Made by a program: the position numbers and the translations under genes. Under the pieces are notes generated by a model, which had not been told where the DNA came from, ran no database searches, and worked only from the letters and a program-made list of their open reading frames with translations. From sequence record OR805293.1: 64,000 nucleotides of DNA; one strand, given 5' to 3'. Below are positions 19,225 to 29,595 of this stretch, in pieces; within the stretch, counting starts at the first letter, position 1, and each line of letters starts with the position of its first letter.

Positions 19225-19857
19225 ATGGCTAGACAGCTTTACGAATATATGTCCCAATCTAAGGGATCGATAATAATAGAACACGGCACCGGACCTGACG
19301 GTGCCCGTGATCTATTTATGCGCGGAATATTTATTCAAGGTGATGTAAAAAATCATAATCAGCGCATCTATCCCCTACATGAAATATCTCATGCAGTTGA
19401 ATCAGTAAAAGCAAAAATACAGGAAGGGTTTTCTGTTTTAGGAGAACTCGATCATCCAGAAGAATTAACTATTAATTTAGACAGAGTGTCTCATATAATC
19501 ACAGAAATGTGGATGGAAGGCAACTGCGGCTACGGCAAATTAAAATTATTAGATACTCCTACTGGAATTATTGCTAAAAGCTTATTAACTGCCGGAGCCA
19601 AATTGGGCGTAAGTTCTCGCGGCTCAGGTAATGTAGGTTATGACGGTGTAGTGAGCGACTTTGATATTGTAACAGTTGACATTGTTGCACAACCGAGCGC
19701 GCCTAATGCATATCCTAAACCTATATATGAAAGTTTATACAACATGAAAGGCGGCGAAATCATTATGGATTTAGCCCGTAACACACCACAGGATCCTAGT
19801 GCAGATAAATATCTCAGTAGGGAAATAATAAAACTTATATCCGAATTGAAAAAATAG
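19225..19857 (+). CDS. gp21: Prohead core protease
   Basis: KNHNQRIYP, LGELDHPE, LGVSSRGSG, DIVAQPSAPNA motifs. Confidence 0.95.
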   Translation: MARQLYEYMSQSKGSIIIEHGTGPDGARDLFMRGIFIQGDVKNHNQRIYPLHEISHAVESVKAKIQEGFSVLGELDHPEELTINLDRVSHIITEMWMEGNCGYGKLKLLDTPTGIIAKSLLTAGAKLGVSSRGSGNVGYDGVVSDFDIVTVDIVAQPSAPNAYPKPIYESLYNMKGGEIIMDLARNTPQDPSADKYLSREIIKLISELKK

Positions 19858-19869
19858 TAGGAGATTTAA

Positions 19870-20976
19870 ATGACAGTGAAGTTCGAACATATCCTAAACG
19901 AACAAACTTCTTTAAGTGCAGAAGTAAAATCTGCTATTACAGAAGCATGGGAAGCTCGTATAGGACAAGTAAAAGAAGAACTCACTGCTGAGCTTCGTGA
20001 AGAATTTGCTCGTAAGTTTGCACACGACAAAGAACAACTTGTCGAAGCAATGGACAAATTCTTAGAAGAAAAAATCCGCAGTGAAATCGAAGAATTTGCT
20101 CAAGACAAACGAGAACTAGCTGCCGAACGAGTTCAAGCTAAAATGCAAGTAAAAGAACATATCGAAATGCTCGATAAGTTCTTAATAGATGCAGTTTCTA
20201 AAGAAGTCAAAGAACTTCGTGAAGATCGCCGTGCAATTAAAGGCAATCTAGAGAAACTAGAAGAGTTTGCACTCACTAATCTTGCAACCGAAGTTAAAGA
20301 GCTTCGGGAAGAAAAGCAAGCATTAGTTCGTCAGAAAGTTAAATTAATTAGTGAAGCAAAAAAACAACTAGCAGAAACTAAAAAGCAGTTCATAAAGAAA
20401 GCGTCGCAAATAGTAGACACAAACATTAATAGCGTATTGCAAGAAGAAATAAAGCAATATAAAGAAGATATTGATGCTGCTCGTCGAAATGACTTTGGAC
20501 GTCGTTTATTTGAAGCTTTTGCTGCAGAGTACATGACTTCGCATCTAAACGAAGGTAGTGAACTTAAGAAACTCAAAAATATTCTTATACAAAAAGAAGA
20601 AGCCCTTAATGAAGCTTTATCTCATGTAGAAGAACGTGAAGCACTTGCAGAAAATCTACGCACTCGCATTTCTGTATTAGAAGAGCGTGTTAAACGTAGC
20701 TCTGTAATGTCTGAATTGTTAGCTCCGCTAAATAAAGAAAAGCGTAGTGTAATGCAAGATCTTTTAGAGTCTGTAAAAACAGAACATTTAAAAGTTGCAT
20801 ATAACAAATATTTGCCAGCAGTGCTAGATTGTAGTGCAGCACCGGCAAGTAAAAAAGAAGCTCTAACTGAGTCAGCAAGAGCTGTAAAAACTGGTAACAG
20901 GGCGTCTAGCGTTGCCCAGCAAGATGACTCATCTGTAGGCGTTGAAGAATTAAGACGCCTAGCAGGCATTAAGTAA
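19870..20976 (+). CDS. gp22: Prohead scaffolding protein
   Basis: Coiled-coil Glu/Lys-rich protein between gp21 and gp23. Confidence 0.85.
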   Translation: MTVKFEHILNEQTSLSAEVKSAITEAWEARIGQVKEELTAELREEFARKFAHDKEQLVEAMDKFLEEKIRSEIEEFAQDKRELAAERVQAKMQVKEHIEMLDKFLIDAVSKEVKELREDRRAIKGNLEKLEEFALTNLATEVKELREEKQALVRQKVKLISEAKKQLAETKKQFIKKASQIVDTNINSVLQEEIKQYKEDIDAARRNDFGRRLFEAFAAEYMTSHLNEGSELKKLKNILIQKEEALNEALSHVEEREALAENLRTRISVLEERVKRSSVMSELLAPLNKEKRSVMQDLLESVKTEHLKVAYNKYLPAVLDCSAAPASKKEALTESARAVKTGNRASSVAQQDDSSVGVEELRRLAGIK

Positions 20977-20995
20977 TTAGGAGAATAACTTAAAA

Positions 20996-22183
20996 ATGTC
21001 TAATCGTCTATTTGAAAGCAACTGGGCTGCTACTAAAAGCGCCCTCACTGAAGGTCTAAAAGGTCAACGTAAGTCGACCATGGACGCAGTAATGGAAAAC
21101 ACTAAGCGTTTCTTAGTTGAAAATGCTTCCGCCGGTGCTACCCAAGCCGGTAACATAGCTACTATCAACAAAGTGATGCTACCCCTAATCCGTCGTGTTA
21201 TGCCTTCCGTTATTGCTAACGAAATTATGGGTGTACAGCCTATGACTGGTCCCGTAGGTCAGATACATACCCTACGTGTTCGTTATGCTGATACTGCATC
21301 TGGTGTTCAAGCTGGTACTGAAGCACTAAGCCCGTTCGATATTGCAAAAGCATATTCCGGTAACGAAGCTTTAAACAACAGCACTAACCCAGTTCCAGGC
21401 GCTGCCAACACTTCTCGTATGGAAGGTTTTGCTGGTAATCGCATGAACATTCAAATTCTAAAAGAAACCGTAGAAGCACGTACTCGTCGTCTAAGCGCTC
21501 GCTGGACCTTCGAATCTGCACAGGATGCTAACGCTCTTCACGGTATAGATATAGAAGCTGAAATCATGCAAGCTTTAGCTCAAGAAATTACCGTCGAAAT
21601 CGACCAAGAAATGCTAAATCGTCTACGTATTTTAGCTGGTCCGGCTCCTGTAACTTATAACCAAGCTGCTGTATCTGGTACTGCTACTTATGTTGGTGAT
21701 GAACATGCTGCATTAGCTGTAATGATCAACCAACAGGCTAACTTAGTTGCTGCTCGTACTCGTCGCGGCGCTGCTAACTGGGCTGTTATTTCGCCTAACG
21801 CACTAACTGTTCTACAGTCTGCAACTACTTCGACTTTTGCTCGTACTACTGAAGGTGTATTTGAAGCGCCTACTAACGTTAAATTCGCAGGTACCTTAAA
21901 CGGAACTATGCGCATTTATGTAGATACTTATGCTGCTGAAGATGAAAAAGTTTTAATCGGTTATAAAGGTTCGACCGAAACTGATGCTGCTGCATTCTTC
22001 TGCCCGTATATTCCGTTAATGAGCACTGGTCCGGTAATTGATCCTACTACTTTCGAGCCTGTAGTATCATTTATGTCTAGATACGGTTACTTAGAACTCA
22101 CCAATACTGCTAACTCGCTAGGTAACGGTGCTGACTATCTAAGTTCGATTGCTATAGATGCATCCACTCTTAAATTCTTCTAA
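20996..22183 (+). CDS. gp23: Major capsid protein
   Basis: LIRRVMPSVIANEIMGVQPMTGPVGQI; TRRLSARWTFESAQD; TRRGAANW; AFFCPYIPL. Confidence 0.97.
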   Translation: MSNRLFESNWAATKSALTEGLKGQRKSTMDAVMENTKRFLVENASAGATQAGNIATINKVMLPLIRRVMPSVIANEIMGVQPMTGPVGQIHTLRVRYADTASGVQAGTEALSPFDIAKAYSGNEALNNSTNPVPGAANTSRMEGFAGNRMNIQILKETVEARTRRLSARWTFESAQDANALHGIDIEAEIMQALAQEITVEIDQEMLNRLRILAGPAPVTYNQAAVSGTATYVGDEHAALAVMINQQANLVAARTRRGAANWAVISPNALTVLQSATTSTFARTTEGVFEAPTNVKFAGTLNGTMRIYVDTYAAEDEKVLIGYKGSTETDAAAFFCPYIPLMSTGPVIDPTTFEPVVSFMSRYGYLELTNTANSLGNGADYLSSIAIDASTLKFF

Positions 22184-22219
22184 TAATAACAAGTATAACT
22201 TGTTATTCGAAGAATACCA

Positions 22220-22251
22220 AAAAAAGTGTAGTAGAAATACTACACTTTTTT
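22220..22251 (+). terminator. Intrinsic terminator after gp23
   Basis: AAAAAAGTGTAGTA-GAAA-TACTACACTTTTTT. Confidence 0.9.
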
Positions 22252-22252
22252 A

Positions 22253-22281
22253 TTGACTAGAAAAAAATAATTTGTTAGTAT
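22253..22281 (+). promoter_or_regulatory. sigma70-type promoter of homing endonuclease 1
   Basis: TTGACT-17 nt-TAGTAT with extended TG. Confidence 0.65.
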
Positions 22282-22301
22282 TATAAAAAACTATTTTATA
22301 T

Positions 22302-23879
22302 ATGTCAGACTTAATAATACAAATAAAAGAATTGATAAAAAGTAAACCAAAACATTTCAGTGTTTTGATTAAAAAAGATTTAAAATTAGCAGAGTTTGTA
22401 GAGCAACACTGCACTAATCCCTCTAATACTGTGTATGCTGCTAAAGTGTATACTGCTATAACCGGCGAAAAAGAAGAATGCAAATACGGAAACACAAAAA
22501 AATTTAATTCAATAAATGATGGGTTTAGATTTTGTGGTACTGCATCCTCGTGCAAGTGTTGTAAAGAAAGTGTATCTAATAACTTAGTGCAATCAAAAAA
22601 GATAGAAAATAAAGAAATATCAAAGAAAAAGCGTGAAAAAACTAATCTAAAAAAATACGGAGTATCAAATACTGGGCAATCTGCTATTGCTCTACAAAAT
22701 CATGCAAAATTTTACGAAAATAAACAAAATGTAGACAAAGTAACGTCTAAGATAAAGCACACTAAGTCAATAAAATACGGTAACAAAAATTTTAATGGTA
22801 ATAAATGGTATTCTAAAATATCGGAAAAACTAAAAGAAAATAACTTATCTTTTACTATACAAGAACATGAATATAAGGGTATGGCAGAAACATATTGCAT
22901 AAAATGTGGAACCTGTAATACCACTTTTATGTCTAAGGTTAGATATAGTAGTATACCGACTTGTGCAATATGTATGCCAGAATTGACAGTATGTAATTCA
23001 ACACAAGAACAAGAATTATTTAATTTTATAAGACAACATTATTCTGGCGAAATAATAACTGGATCTAGAAAAATATTAGATTCTGGAAAAAGTTTAGATA
23101 TATACCTTCCTGAAAAAAATCTTGCGATAGAATATAATGGTCTTTATTGGCATGTAATAGATAACGATCGTTTACCGCACATAACCAAAACGTATCATTA
23201 TGACAAATATATAGGTTGTAAAGAAAAGGGAATATCGTTAATTACTATATATGGACATTTGTATAACTCTAAAAAAACTATAATAGAAAGCAGATTACTT
23301 CATAAATTAGGCTATACACAAGAAACAGTATATGCTAGAAAATGTATTATTAAAGATGTGCCTTCTGCAGAAGAAAAAGAATTTTTGAATAAAACGCATA
23401 TACAAGGTTATGTTCCGTCATCTATAAAATACGGATTGTATTTTAATGATGTACTAGTTGCATTAATGAGTTTTATAAAGTCATCTAACAGAAACATTTC
23501 GGGAAATAACAGATACGACTACGAATTGCTTAGATATGCAACATCTTGTTCTGTACTAGGCGGCGCATCTAAATTGTTTTCTCATTTTGTAAAGAATAAT
23601 ATTCCTAATTCTATAGTTTCATATTCACAAAATGAATGGAATACAGGCAATGTTTACCGTATATTAGGATTCAAACAAGAACCTAAAATAAACATAGGTT
23701 ATTGGTATGTAAGTCCGGATTTTTGTAAAGTATATCATAGGACTAATTATACTAAAAAGAAATTAATAGAACACGGTTTTAATTCAAATAAGTCAGAACA
23801 CCAGATAATGGAAGAGCGTGGATTTAGACGACTATATGATTGTGGTAATACCAAATGGGTGTGGGAAAACAAAATATAA
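22302..23879 (+). mobile_element. Free-standing Hef-like homing endonuclease gene
   Basis: Zinc ribbons; SLDIYLPEKNLAIEYNGLYWH nuclease motif; VYARKC...FLNKTHIQG and YDCGNTKWVW C-terminal domain. Confidence 0.75.
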
Positions 23880-23930
23880 GTTTTTAAAATACAGAGCTGT
23901 GTTATACTTTAAAAATAAAAGGGGTTTTTA

Positions 23931-24395
23931 GTGTCAGACATAGTTGATATACGTTTTGAGTTTGTAGGATACGATTCAGACATAAAATACATAAATAATT
24001 GCGAAAATAGTGGATGTTATGATGAAGGTATATGTCGTTGCGGACATTTTGAAGATACAGATCTAAATGGTATACCAGATAATCCCGAATATATTTTTCC
24101 AACTAAAATGTCTGTATGGAGACGAGTAGGATATAATGGAAAATATGATGATTACAAACATAGTTACTATGAAATTACTGAATCCGATAGAAAATATTTT
24201 GCAAAAATAATGCATTTTATCGGTTATACACTAGATTCTTTTTATTTTGATATCGAATCGGGGTACTATGGCGAAGAAGGCGGAGATCTAGTACACGATA
24301 AACAGGGCTTGTTAAAATCTGCCATGATTGACATTTTAAACAGACCCGACGAAGAAGACAGATTGGTGTATTTATTATCTAAAACTTGGGAATAA
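23931..24395 (+). CDS. Hypothetical Cys-motif protein (paralog A)
   Basis: CENSGCYDEGICRC and GYYGEE motifs shared with the next ORF. Confidence 0.75.
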   Translation: MSDIVDIRFEFVGYDSDIKYINNCENSGCYDEGICRCGHFEDTDLNGIPDNPEYIFPTKMSVWRRVGYNGKYDDYKHSYYEITESDRKYFAKIMHFIGYTLDSFYFDIESGYYGEEGGDLVHDKQGLLKSAMIDILNRPDEEDRLVYLLSKTWE

Positions 24396-24396
24396 T

Positions 24397-25095
24397 ATGG
24401 ATACATTCATTACATTTTATGGCAGATACTATGCAACTTTAGATTACGAACTGCAACATAATTGTAATAACGATTGTATAGAAAGCGGCATATGCAGATG
24501 TTCTGTAATAACATCCCCTGTAGTGGTATCTATCAATAACTATAAAGTGTATGATATGGTCGAGGTGTTAGTAAATAAACCCGATTTAAACGGAACACCT
24601 AGATGTGTTAGATATATGTATAGTCAAATAGAGCAATATTGTGTAGAAAGAATCATAACAAAACATAAAATTTTAGACGGTTCACTATATTATGTAACTG
24701 TCGAACGTGGTTATTACGGTGATGAAATAGGTGACATAATCCATGAAAATGAACAAAATGCAATGGATGATATATTAACAATGATTTCATTAAAAACCGA
24801 TATAGAAAAACTACATTATGTTTTAATGTTAGAATACGGGTATATTGCTCCTATAATTTCTGAGTGTAAAAACTTGGCTATTAAAAAAGTATGTATAACC
24901 GATATAGTTCCTACTATTGCATATAAAAGTATGGAACCTCAGCATACCTATCATTTAGATGTATATGATGATATGATAATGGGTGTGCTAAAGGGAAATA
25001 AATTGATAGATGGTAATCATAGATATTCATTTTATATGAATAAAATGAAAGATAAAAACAAAGATAACTTTGTATATTATATAGAATTATCTTAA
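24397..25095 (+). CDS. Cys-motif protein (paralog B) with C-terminal ParB-like domain
   Basis: CNNDCIESGICRC, GYYGDE, plus LIDGNHR. Confidence 0.7.
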   Translation: MDTFITFYGRYYATLDYELQHNCNNDCIESGICRCSVITSPVVVSINNYKVYDMVEVLVNKPDLNGTPRCVRYMYSQIEQYCVERIITKHKILDGSLYYVTVERGYYGDEIGDIIHENEQNAMDDILTMISLKTDIEKLHYVLMLEYGYIAPIISECKNLAIKKVCITDIVPTIAYKSMEPQHTYHLDVYDDMIMGVLKGNKLIDGNHRYSFYMNKMKDKNKDNFVYYIELS

Positions 25096-25103
25096 AGGTA
25101 TAT

Positions 25104-25409
25104 ATGAAAACAATAGGCGTTGATTATGATGACACTATATCACAAGATGATAACGGATGGTTATCTGTATTACTTGCACTTGAGCATATTGGATACAGGG
25201 TTGTTATTGTTACTTACCGTAATCCTACCTGCTATCCAGAAGATCTTCAATTTTTAATAGATAAAGGATATAAGGTATACTTTACAAGTCAACATGCTAA
25301 AAGAACGTATATGGAAAATCTTGGCATAGATATAGATATTTGGATAGACGATAGTCCCGAATCTATATTATATAATTATGATTCATATTTAGGTAAGTAT
25401 ATAAAATAA
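25104..25409 (+). CDS. Small HAD-superfamily phosphatase
   Basis: GVDYDDT motif I, VTYR motif II, WIDDSP motif IV. Confidence 0.75.
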   Translation: MKTIGVDYDDTISQDDNGWLSVLLALEHIGYRVVIVTYRNPTCYPEDLQFLIDKGYKVYFTSQHAKRTYMENLGIDIDIWIDDSPESILYNYDSYLGKYIK

Positions 25410-25445
25410 AAAAGGAGCATTATGCTCCTTTTTTATTGATAAATA
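25407..25445 (+). promoter_or_regulatory. Terminator followed by late promoter GATAAATA (25438-25445)
   Basis: AAAAAAGGAGC/GCTCCTTTTTT stem, then octamer 25 nt before the fibre gene. Confidence 0.7.
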
Positions 25446-25469
25446 TATGCATCTTAAGGAATAAGGTGT

Positions 25470-28400
25470 ATGTCGAGTAAAATTAAATTCACGGATCAAT
25501 ATATCCTATCTAGTGTTGGGCAAACTTCTAATAATATAGTATATTTGCAAGTAAATGATGATCAGCAATTAGTTGTTACTCATCCTATGTATGCAACTGA
25601 ATGGTCTACATTAGGTGGGCTTAGAGTAACAGGTGATCAGTCTAAATTTGATGGATCATTAGAAGTTGGATATGAATTGCTAGTAGGACAAACATCTACC
25701 TTTAACAACGACATGGTAGTAAACGGTTTAGTTACAGTAAACAGAGATTCTCTAGATGCAATGCTCATTCACGGGAATGTTACATTACATGGCAACTTAA
25801 CTGTAGTAGGTAGCAGCTCAGGGACTACACCCGGGCAAGTAACTATTTCCGACAACATTATGGTCGTGAATACAGATGACGTAGGTCCAGGCGTCACTGC
25901 AACATATTCTGGTTTTGAAGTCCAGCGTGGAATTCCCGTAGGCGAAACTAATAGTCACGGTGAACCTGGCCAAGGTAAATTGCCTTCTGCTGGATTAGTT
26001 TGGAATGAAGTGCAAAAATCCTGGGATCTTAATTATAACCCTATTCTTTCTGAAAAATTACCACAAAATCCTAGAATAATTAACTTAGGGCAGCCAGTTG
26101 CTGACAACGATGCTTCTACAAAAAAATATGTGAATGATAGCATAACTGCTGCACTTGACGATGATATTTATTTAGATAGACTTACTGATGTAACAATTTC
26201 TTCTCCGGCTAATAAAAATATACTACAGTACGATTCTTCTACATCGCAATGGAGAAATTTACCATATTCGTTTATACGATTAACGGATGTAACTGGTGTA
26301 TCTGTCCCGAGAGGATATGTAAGATGGAATGCAGCAGGAACACAGTTAGTATATGAAACCACTATAGATTATGCACAATTAACTGGATTGTCTGATGTAG
26401 CTAAAGCAGGACAAGGGGCTCTAAGTTTTCTTAGTGATGTAACATTATCATCGTTGTCTAATACACAGGCATTATTTTATAATGGAACCTCTTGGGTTAA
26501 CAGACTAATTAATTACTCTGACATTCAAAATACTCCTACTAACAATTCGTATAGTTTTATTGGATTAAATGATACTAATGATACAGTTGTTAATAACGGA
26601 TATGTGAGATGGAATGCAGCAGGAACACAGTTAGTATATGAAACCACTATAGATTATGCACAATTAACTGGATTGTCTGATGTAGCTAAAGCAGGTCAAG
26701 GATCGTTAGATTATTTAACAGATGTTAGTATAGGAACTGCTAGCTCCGGTAATGTACTAAGATATAACGGAACTGATTGGGTAAACCAAGTATTATCATA
26801 TACTGATCTTTCTAATACCCCTACTAACAATTCGTATAGTTTTATTGGGTTAAATGATACTAATGATACTGCACTTTCGGGTGGTTATTTACGATGGAAT
26901 CCCACCGGAACACAGATAGTATATCAATCCACTATAGATTATGCACAGTTAACTGGGTTATCTTCTGTTGCTAAAGCAGGTCAAGGGGCTCTAAGTTTTC
27001 TTAGTGATGTAACTATATCGTCACCTGGCGCTAGTAATACATTGCGATACGATACTACTTCATCTAAATGGGTAAACACTAGACTTGCTTATTCCGATTT
27101 AACAGGTCAACCAACCTCTGCTAATTATCAACTAGTTGGGTTAAGCGATACTGCAAGCACATCTGTACCATTGGGATATCTTAGATGGAACGCCGCTGGA
27201 ACTCAAGTAACATATGCTACTACGATAGATATATCAGTTATATCTGGTAAATCTACTGTAGCTTCTGCTGGTTCAGCAACACTATCTAATCTAGAAGATG
27301 CTGCTGTTACAACGCCTGCTGCTGGGAATACTTTAATATGGAATGCGTCTACAAATAAATGGACAAACGGCATATTGGATGTATCTAATATTACTAATGC
27401 TGTACCTGTTAGTAGAACAGTATCTGCAGGAACTGGTCTATCTGGCGGAGGAAATTTATCTAGTAATATTACGTTGTCGGTTAATAGAACATTAACTGAT
27501 ACATGGTATGCTGCTGCATCACATACACATGATGCATCTAATATTACGTCTGGTGTTATTGCGAATGCTAGACTGCCAGTTGGAAGCACAACAGCACAAG
27601 GTATTTTACAGTTAACAGATGGTGTTGCTAGCACATCTACAACTACTGCCGCTACACCTAATTCGGTAAAAACTGCATATGACTTAGCAACGACAAAAGC
27701 TAATATATCACATACTCATGATGCATCTAATATTACTACTGGTACTATTGCTGTAGCCAGACTTCCAGTTTCGTCTACTACTGCACAAGGTATAGTTCAG
27801 CTTACTGACGGTGTTGCTAGTACATCTACAACTACTGCTGCTACACCTAATTCAGTAAAAACTGCATATGATTTAGCAACGACAAAAGCTAATGCTTCTC
27901 ACACCCACGATGCATCTAATATTACGTCTGGTGTTATTGCGAATGCTAGATTACCGTTTGCCTCAACTACTGTATATGGTATAGTAACTCTGTTAGATTC
28001 AGTTGCCAGTACATCTATATCTACTGCTGCTACACCGAATTCGGTGAAAACTGCATATGACTTAGCAACGACAAAAGCTAATATATCACATACACATACT
28101 CCTGCTCAAGTAGGTTTATCGAATATTTCTAATAACGGAAATACTATAACGGGAAATACAACTATATCCGGTGCATTGTCAGTAACAGGAAATGCTGTTT
28201 TTAATACATCTGATATAAAATTAAAAGATAATATACAGCCCATTAAAAATCCAGTAGAACTTCTTAGCAAAATTTCAGGATATACCTATACTAGAAATGA
28301 TTGTAATAACGAAAAACAAACCGGTATTATTGCGCAGGAAGTTGAAACGATACAACCTGAAAGTGTAAGAGAAGTAGACGGTATAAAAACTGTAAACCAT

Positions 28401-28496
28401 AATGGAATAATTGCACTGTTAGTTAGTGCAGTTAATGAACTTTCTAAAGAAATAGAAGAATTAAAACAACAACTTTCTTACAAAAAAAGGGACTAA
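25470..28496 (+). CDS. Long tail fibre with repeats and C-terminal intramolecular chaperone (peptidase S74-like)
   Basis: 95-aa and 63-aa repeats; STTAQGIVQL...AATPNSVKTAYDLA fibre repeat; SDIKLKDNI...GIIAQEVE chaperone. Confidence 0.85.
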   Translation: MSSKIKFTDQYILSSVGQTSNNIVYLQVNDDQQLVVTHPMYATEWSTLGGLRVTGDQSKFDGSLEVGYELLVGQTSTFNNDMVVNGLVTVNRDSLDAMLIHGNVTLHGNLTVVGSSSGTTPGQVTISDNIMVVNTDDVGPGVTATYSGFEVQRGIPVGETNSHGEPGQGKLPSAGLVWNEVQKSWDLNYNPILSEKLPQNPRIINLGQPVADNDASTKKYVNDSITAALDDDIYLDRLTDVTISSPANKNILQYDSSTSQWRNLPYSFIRLTDVTGVSVPRGYVRWNAAGTQLVYETTIDYAQLTGLSDVAKAGQGALSFLSDVTLSSLSNTQALFYNGTSWVNRLINYSDIQNTPTNNSYSFIGLNDTNDTVVNNGYVRWNAAGTQLVYETTIDYAQLTGLSDVAKAGQGSLDYLTDVSIGTASSGNVLRYNGTDWVNQVLSYTDLSNTPTNNSYSFIGLNDTNDTALSGGYLRWNPTGTQIVYQSTIDYAQLTGLSSVAKAGQGALSFLSDVTISSPGASNTLRYDTTSSKWVNTRLAYSDLTGQPTSANYQLVGLSDTASTSVPLGYLRWNAAGTQVTYATTIDISVISGKSTVASAGSATLSNLEDAAVTTPAAGNTLIWNASTNKWTNGILDVSNITNAVPVSRTVSAGTGLSGGGNLSSNITLSVNRTLTDTWYAAASHTHDASNITSGVIANARLPVGSTTAQGILQLTDGVASTSTTTAATPNSVKTAYDLATTKANISHTHDASNITTGTIAVARLPVSSTTAQGIVQLTDGVASTSTTTAATPNSVKTAYDLATTKANASHTHDASNITSGVIANARLPFASTTVYGIVTLLDSVASTSISTAATPNSVKTAYDLATTKANISHTHTPAQVGLSNISNNGNTITGNTTISGALSVTGNAVFNTSDIKLKDNIQPIKNPVELLSKISGYTYTRNDCNNEKQTGIIAQEVETIQPESVREVDGIKTVNHNGIIALLVSAVNELSKEIEELKQQLSYKKRD
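26313..27260 (+). repeat. ~285-bp tandem repeat in fibre gene, about 4 units
   Basis: (A/C)GATGGAA anchor at 26322, 26607, 26892, 27183. Confidence 0.85.
27525..28095 (+). repeat. 189-bp tandem repeat in fibre gene, 3 units
   Basis: GATGCATCTAATATTAC at 27531, 27720, 27909. Confidence 0.9.
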
Positions 28497-28512
28497 CCTA
28501 AGTCCCTTTTTT
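28483..28512. terminator. Bidirectional terminator
   Basis: AAAAAAGGGACT/AGTCCCTTTTTT. Confidence 0.85.
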
Positions 28513-29101
28513 CTGAAATTCCTAATAGCATTAAACTAAAATCATTTAAGCAGTATTCTAGTTTATCTCTTATTTTATTTAATTCTTTTATATTTTTATT
28601 AAAATATTTGTAATCTTTATTATATTTTGATTTAAAAACACATATTTTGTTTAAATCGCAGTTTATATCTGAAATTACAGATAATAAAAAATATTCTGTA
28701 TAGAATGTAGATATAATCCATGATGTTTTTAGAGTAACTAAATCAGATAACAATGCTGCCTGTAACTCTTGATGTATACTATAAACGGGATTTATATTCT
28801 TTTTATAATTAGCAAGTATGGCAGGGTATTTATATTTAGATGTTTCTGTTTCTAGCGTGTTATATAATGTACATAATTCTGAATCGAATTTTATAGTTTC
28901 GTTATAATAATTTAACGCAATTTTAGTTGCTATATCTAATTCTAATTTTTTATATAATTCTTTTGTGCAAAGATTTTTTATATTAGAATTAATACCTTTA
29001 TTATTATATAATTCTTTGTTTATTATACCGGTTTTATTATATATGTTTAAATATTTTTTATATTTAAATTCAATTAAATTAGTTACTTCATTGTGTACCA
29101 T
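28493..29101 (-). CDS. Hypothetical protein
   Basis: 202-aa ORF at the end of the gp14/gp15 operon. Confidence 0.65.
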   Translation of the reverse strand: MVHNEVTNLIEFKYKKYLNIYNKTGIINKELYNNKGINSNIKNLCTKELYKKLELDIATKIALNYYNETIKFDSELCTLYNTLETETSKYKYPAILANYKKNINPVYSIHQELQAALLSDLVTLKTSWIISTFYTEYFLLSVISDINCDLNKICVFKSKYNKDYKYFNKNIKELNKIRDKLEYCLNDFSLMLLGISEKRDLG

Positions 29102-29103
29102 TT

Positions 29104-29595
29104 TTATACTTCTTTATGGTTTGACAATATTAATTTAAGTTTATCGATACTTTTAGCAGATTTAAAACTTTGCTTTGCACCATAGTGCATAGGATTCGGC
29201 CAAGTACCTAATGAAACCCAAGCATATCCTGACGATTCCGAATTAAGTATAGGAATGAATTCGTCTTCTACAACACAAACAAAACTGTAATATCTAAAAT
29301 TTTTATCTTTACTTTCGTAAATATCAAACGGATAAATTTTATCTATATTGGGTACAAAACCCATTTCTTCTTGAAGTTCTCTTAGAAGTCCATCCTTTGG
29401 TAATTCGTTATTTTCTAACATACCTCCCCATAAACTCCATGTAAGACTGTATGTCTTGTGTTCTGCACGCAAATTATATAGAATTCTATTAGTTTTGCAT
29501 GAAATAAAAAGAGTCCCTACAGCTATCTTTTTAGCTAATTGAGCAGATGTTATCGACGCGCCAATATCCTGCTTTATAATCCCCTGCGTATCCAT
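29104..29595 (-). CDS. NUDIX hydrolase
   Basis: Nudix box GGMLENNELPKDGLLRELQEEMG; start uncertain (ATG 29595 chosen; ORF open to 29652). Confidence 0.85.
   Translation of the reverse strand: MDTQGIIKQDIGASITSAQLAKKIAVGTLFISCKTNRILYNLRAEHKTYSLTWSLWGGMLENNELPKDGLLRELQEEMGFVPNIDKIYPFDIYESKDKNFRYYSFVCVVEDEFIPILNSESSGYAWVSLGTWPNPMHYGAKQSFKSAKSIDKLKLILSNHKEV

Noticed and set aside
26313-28095. CRISPR-like periodic repeats
   Set aside because: Repeats are in-frame coding units of the fibre with no unique spacers and no cas genes
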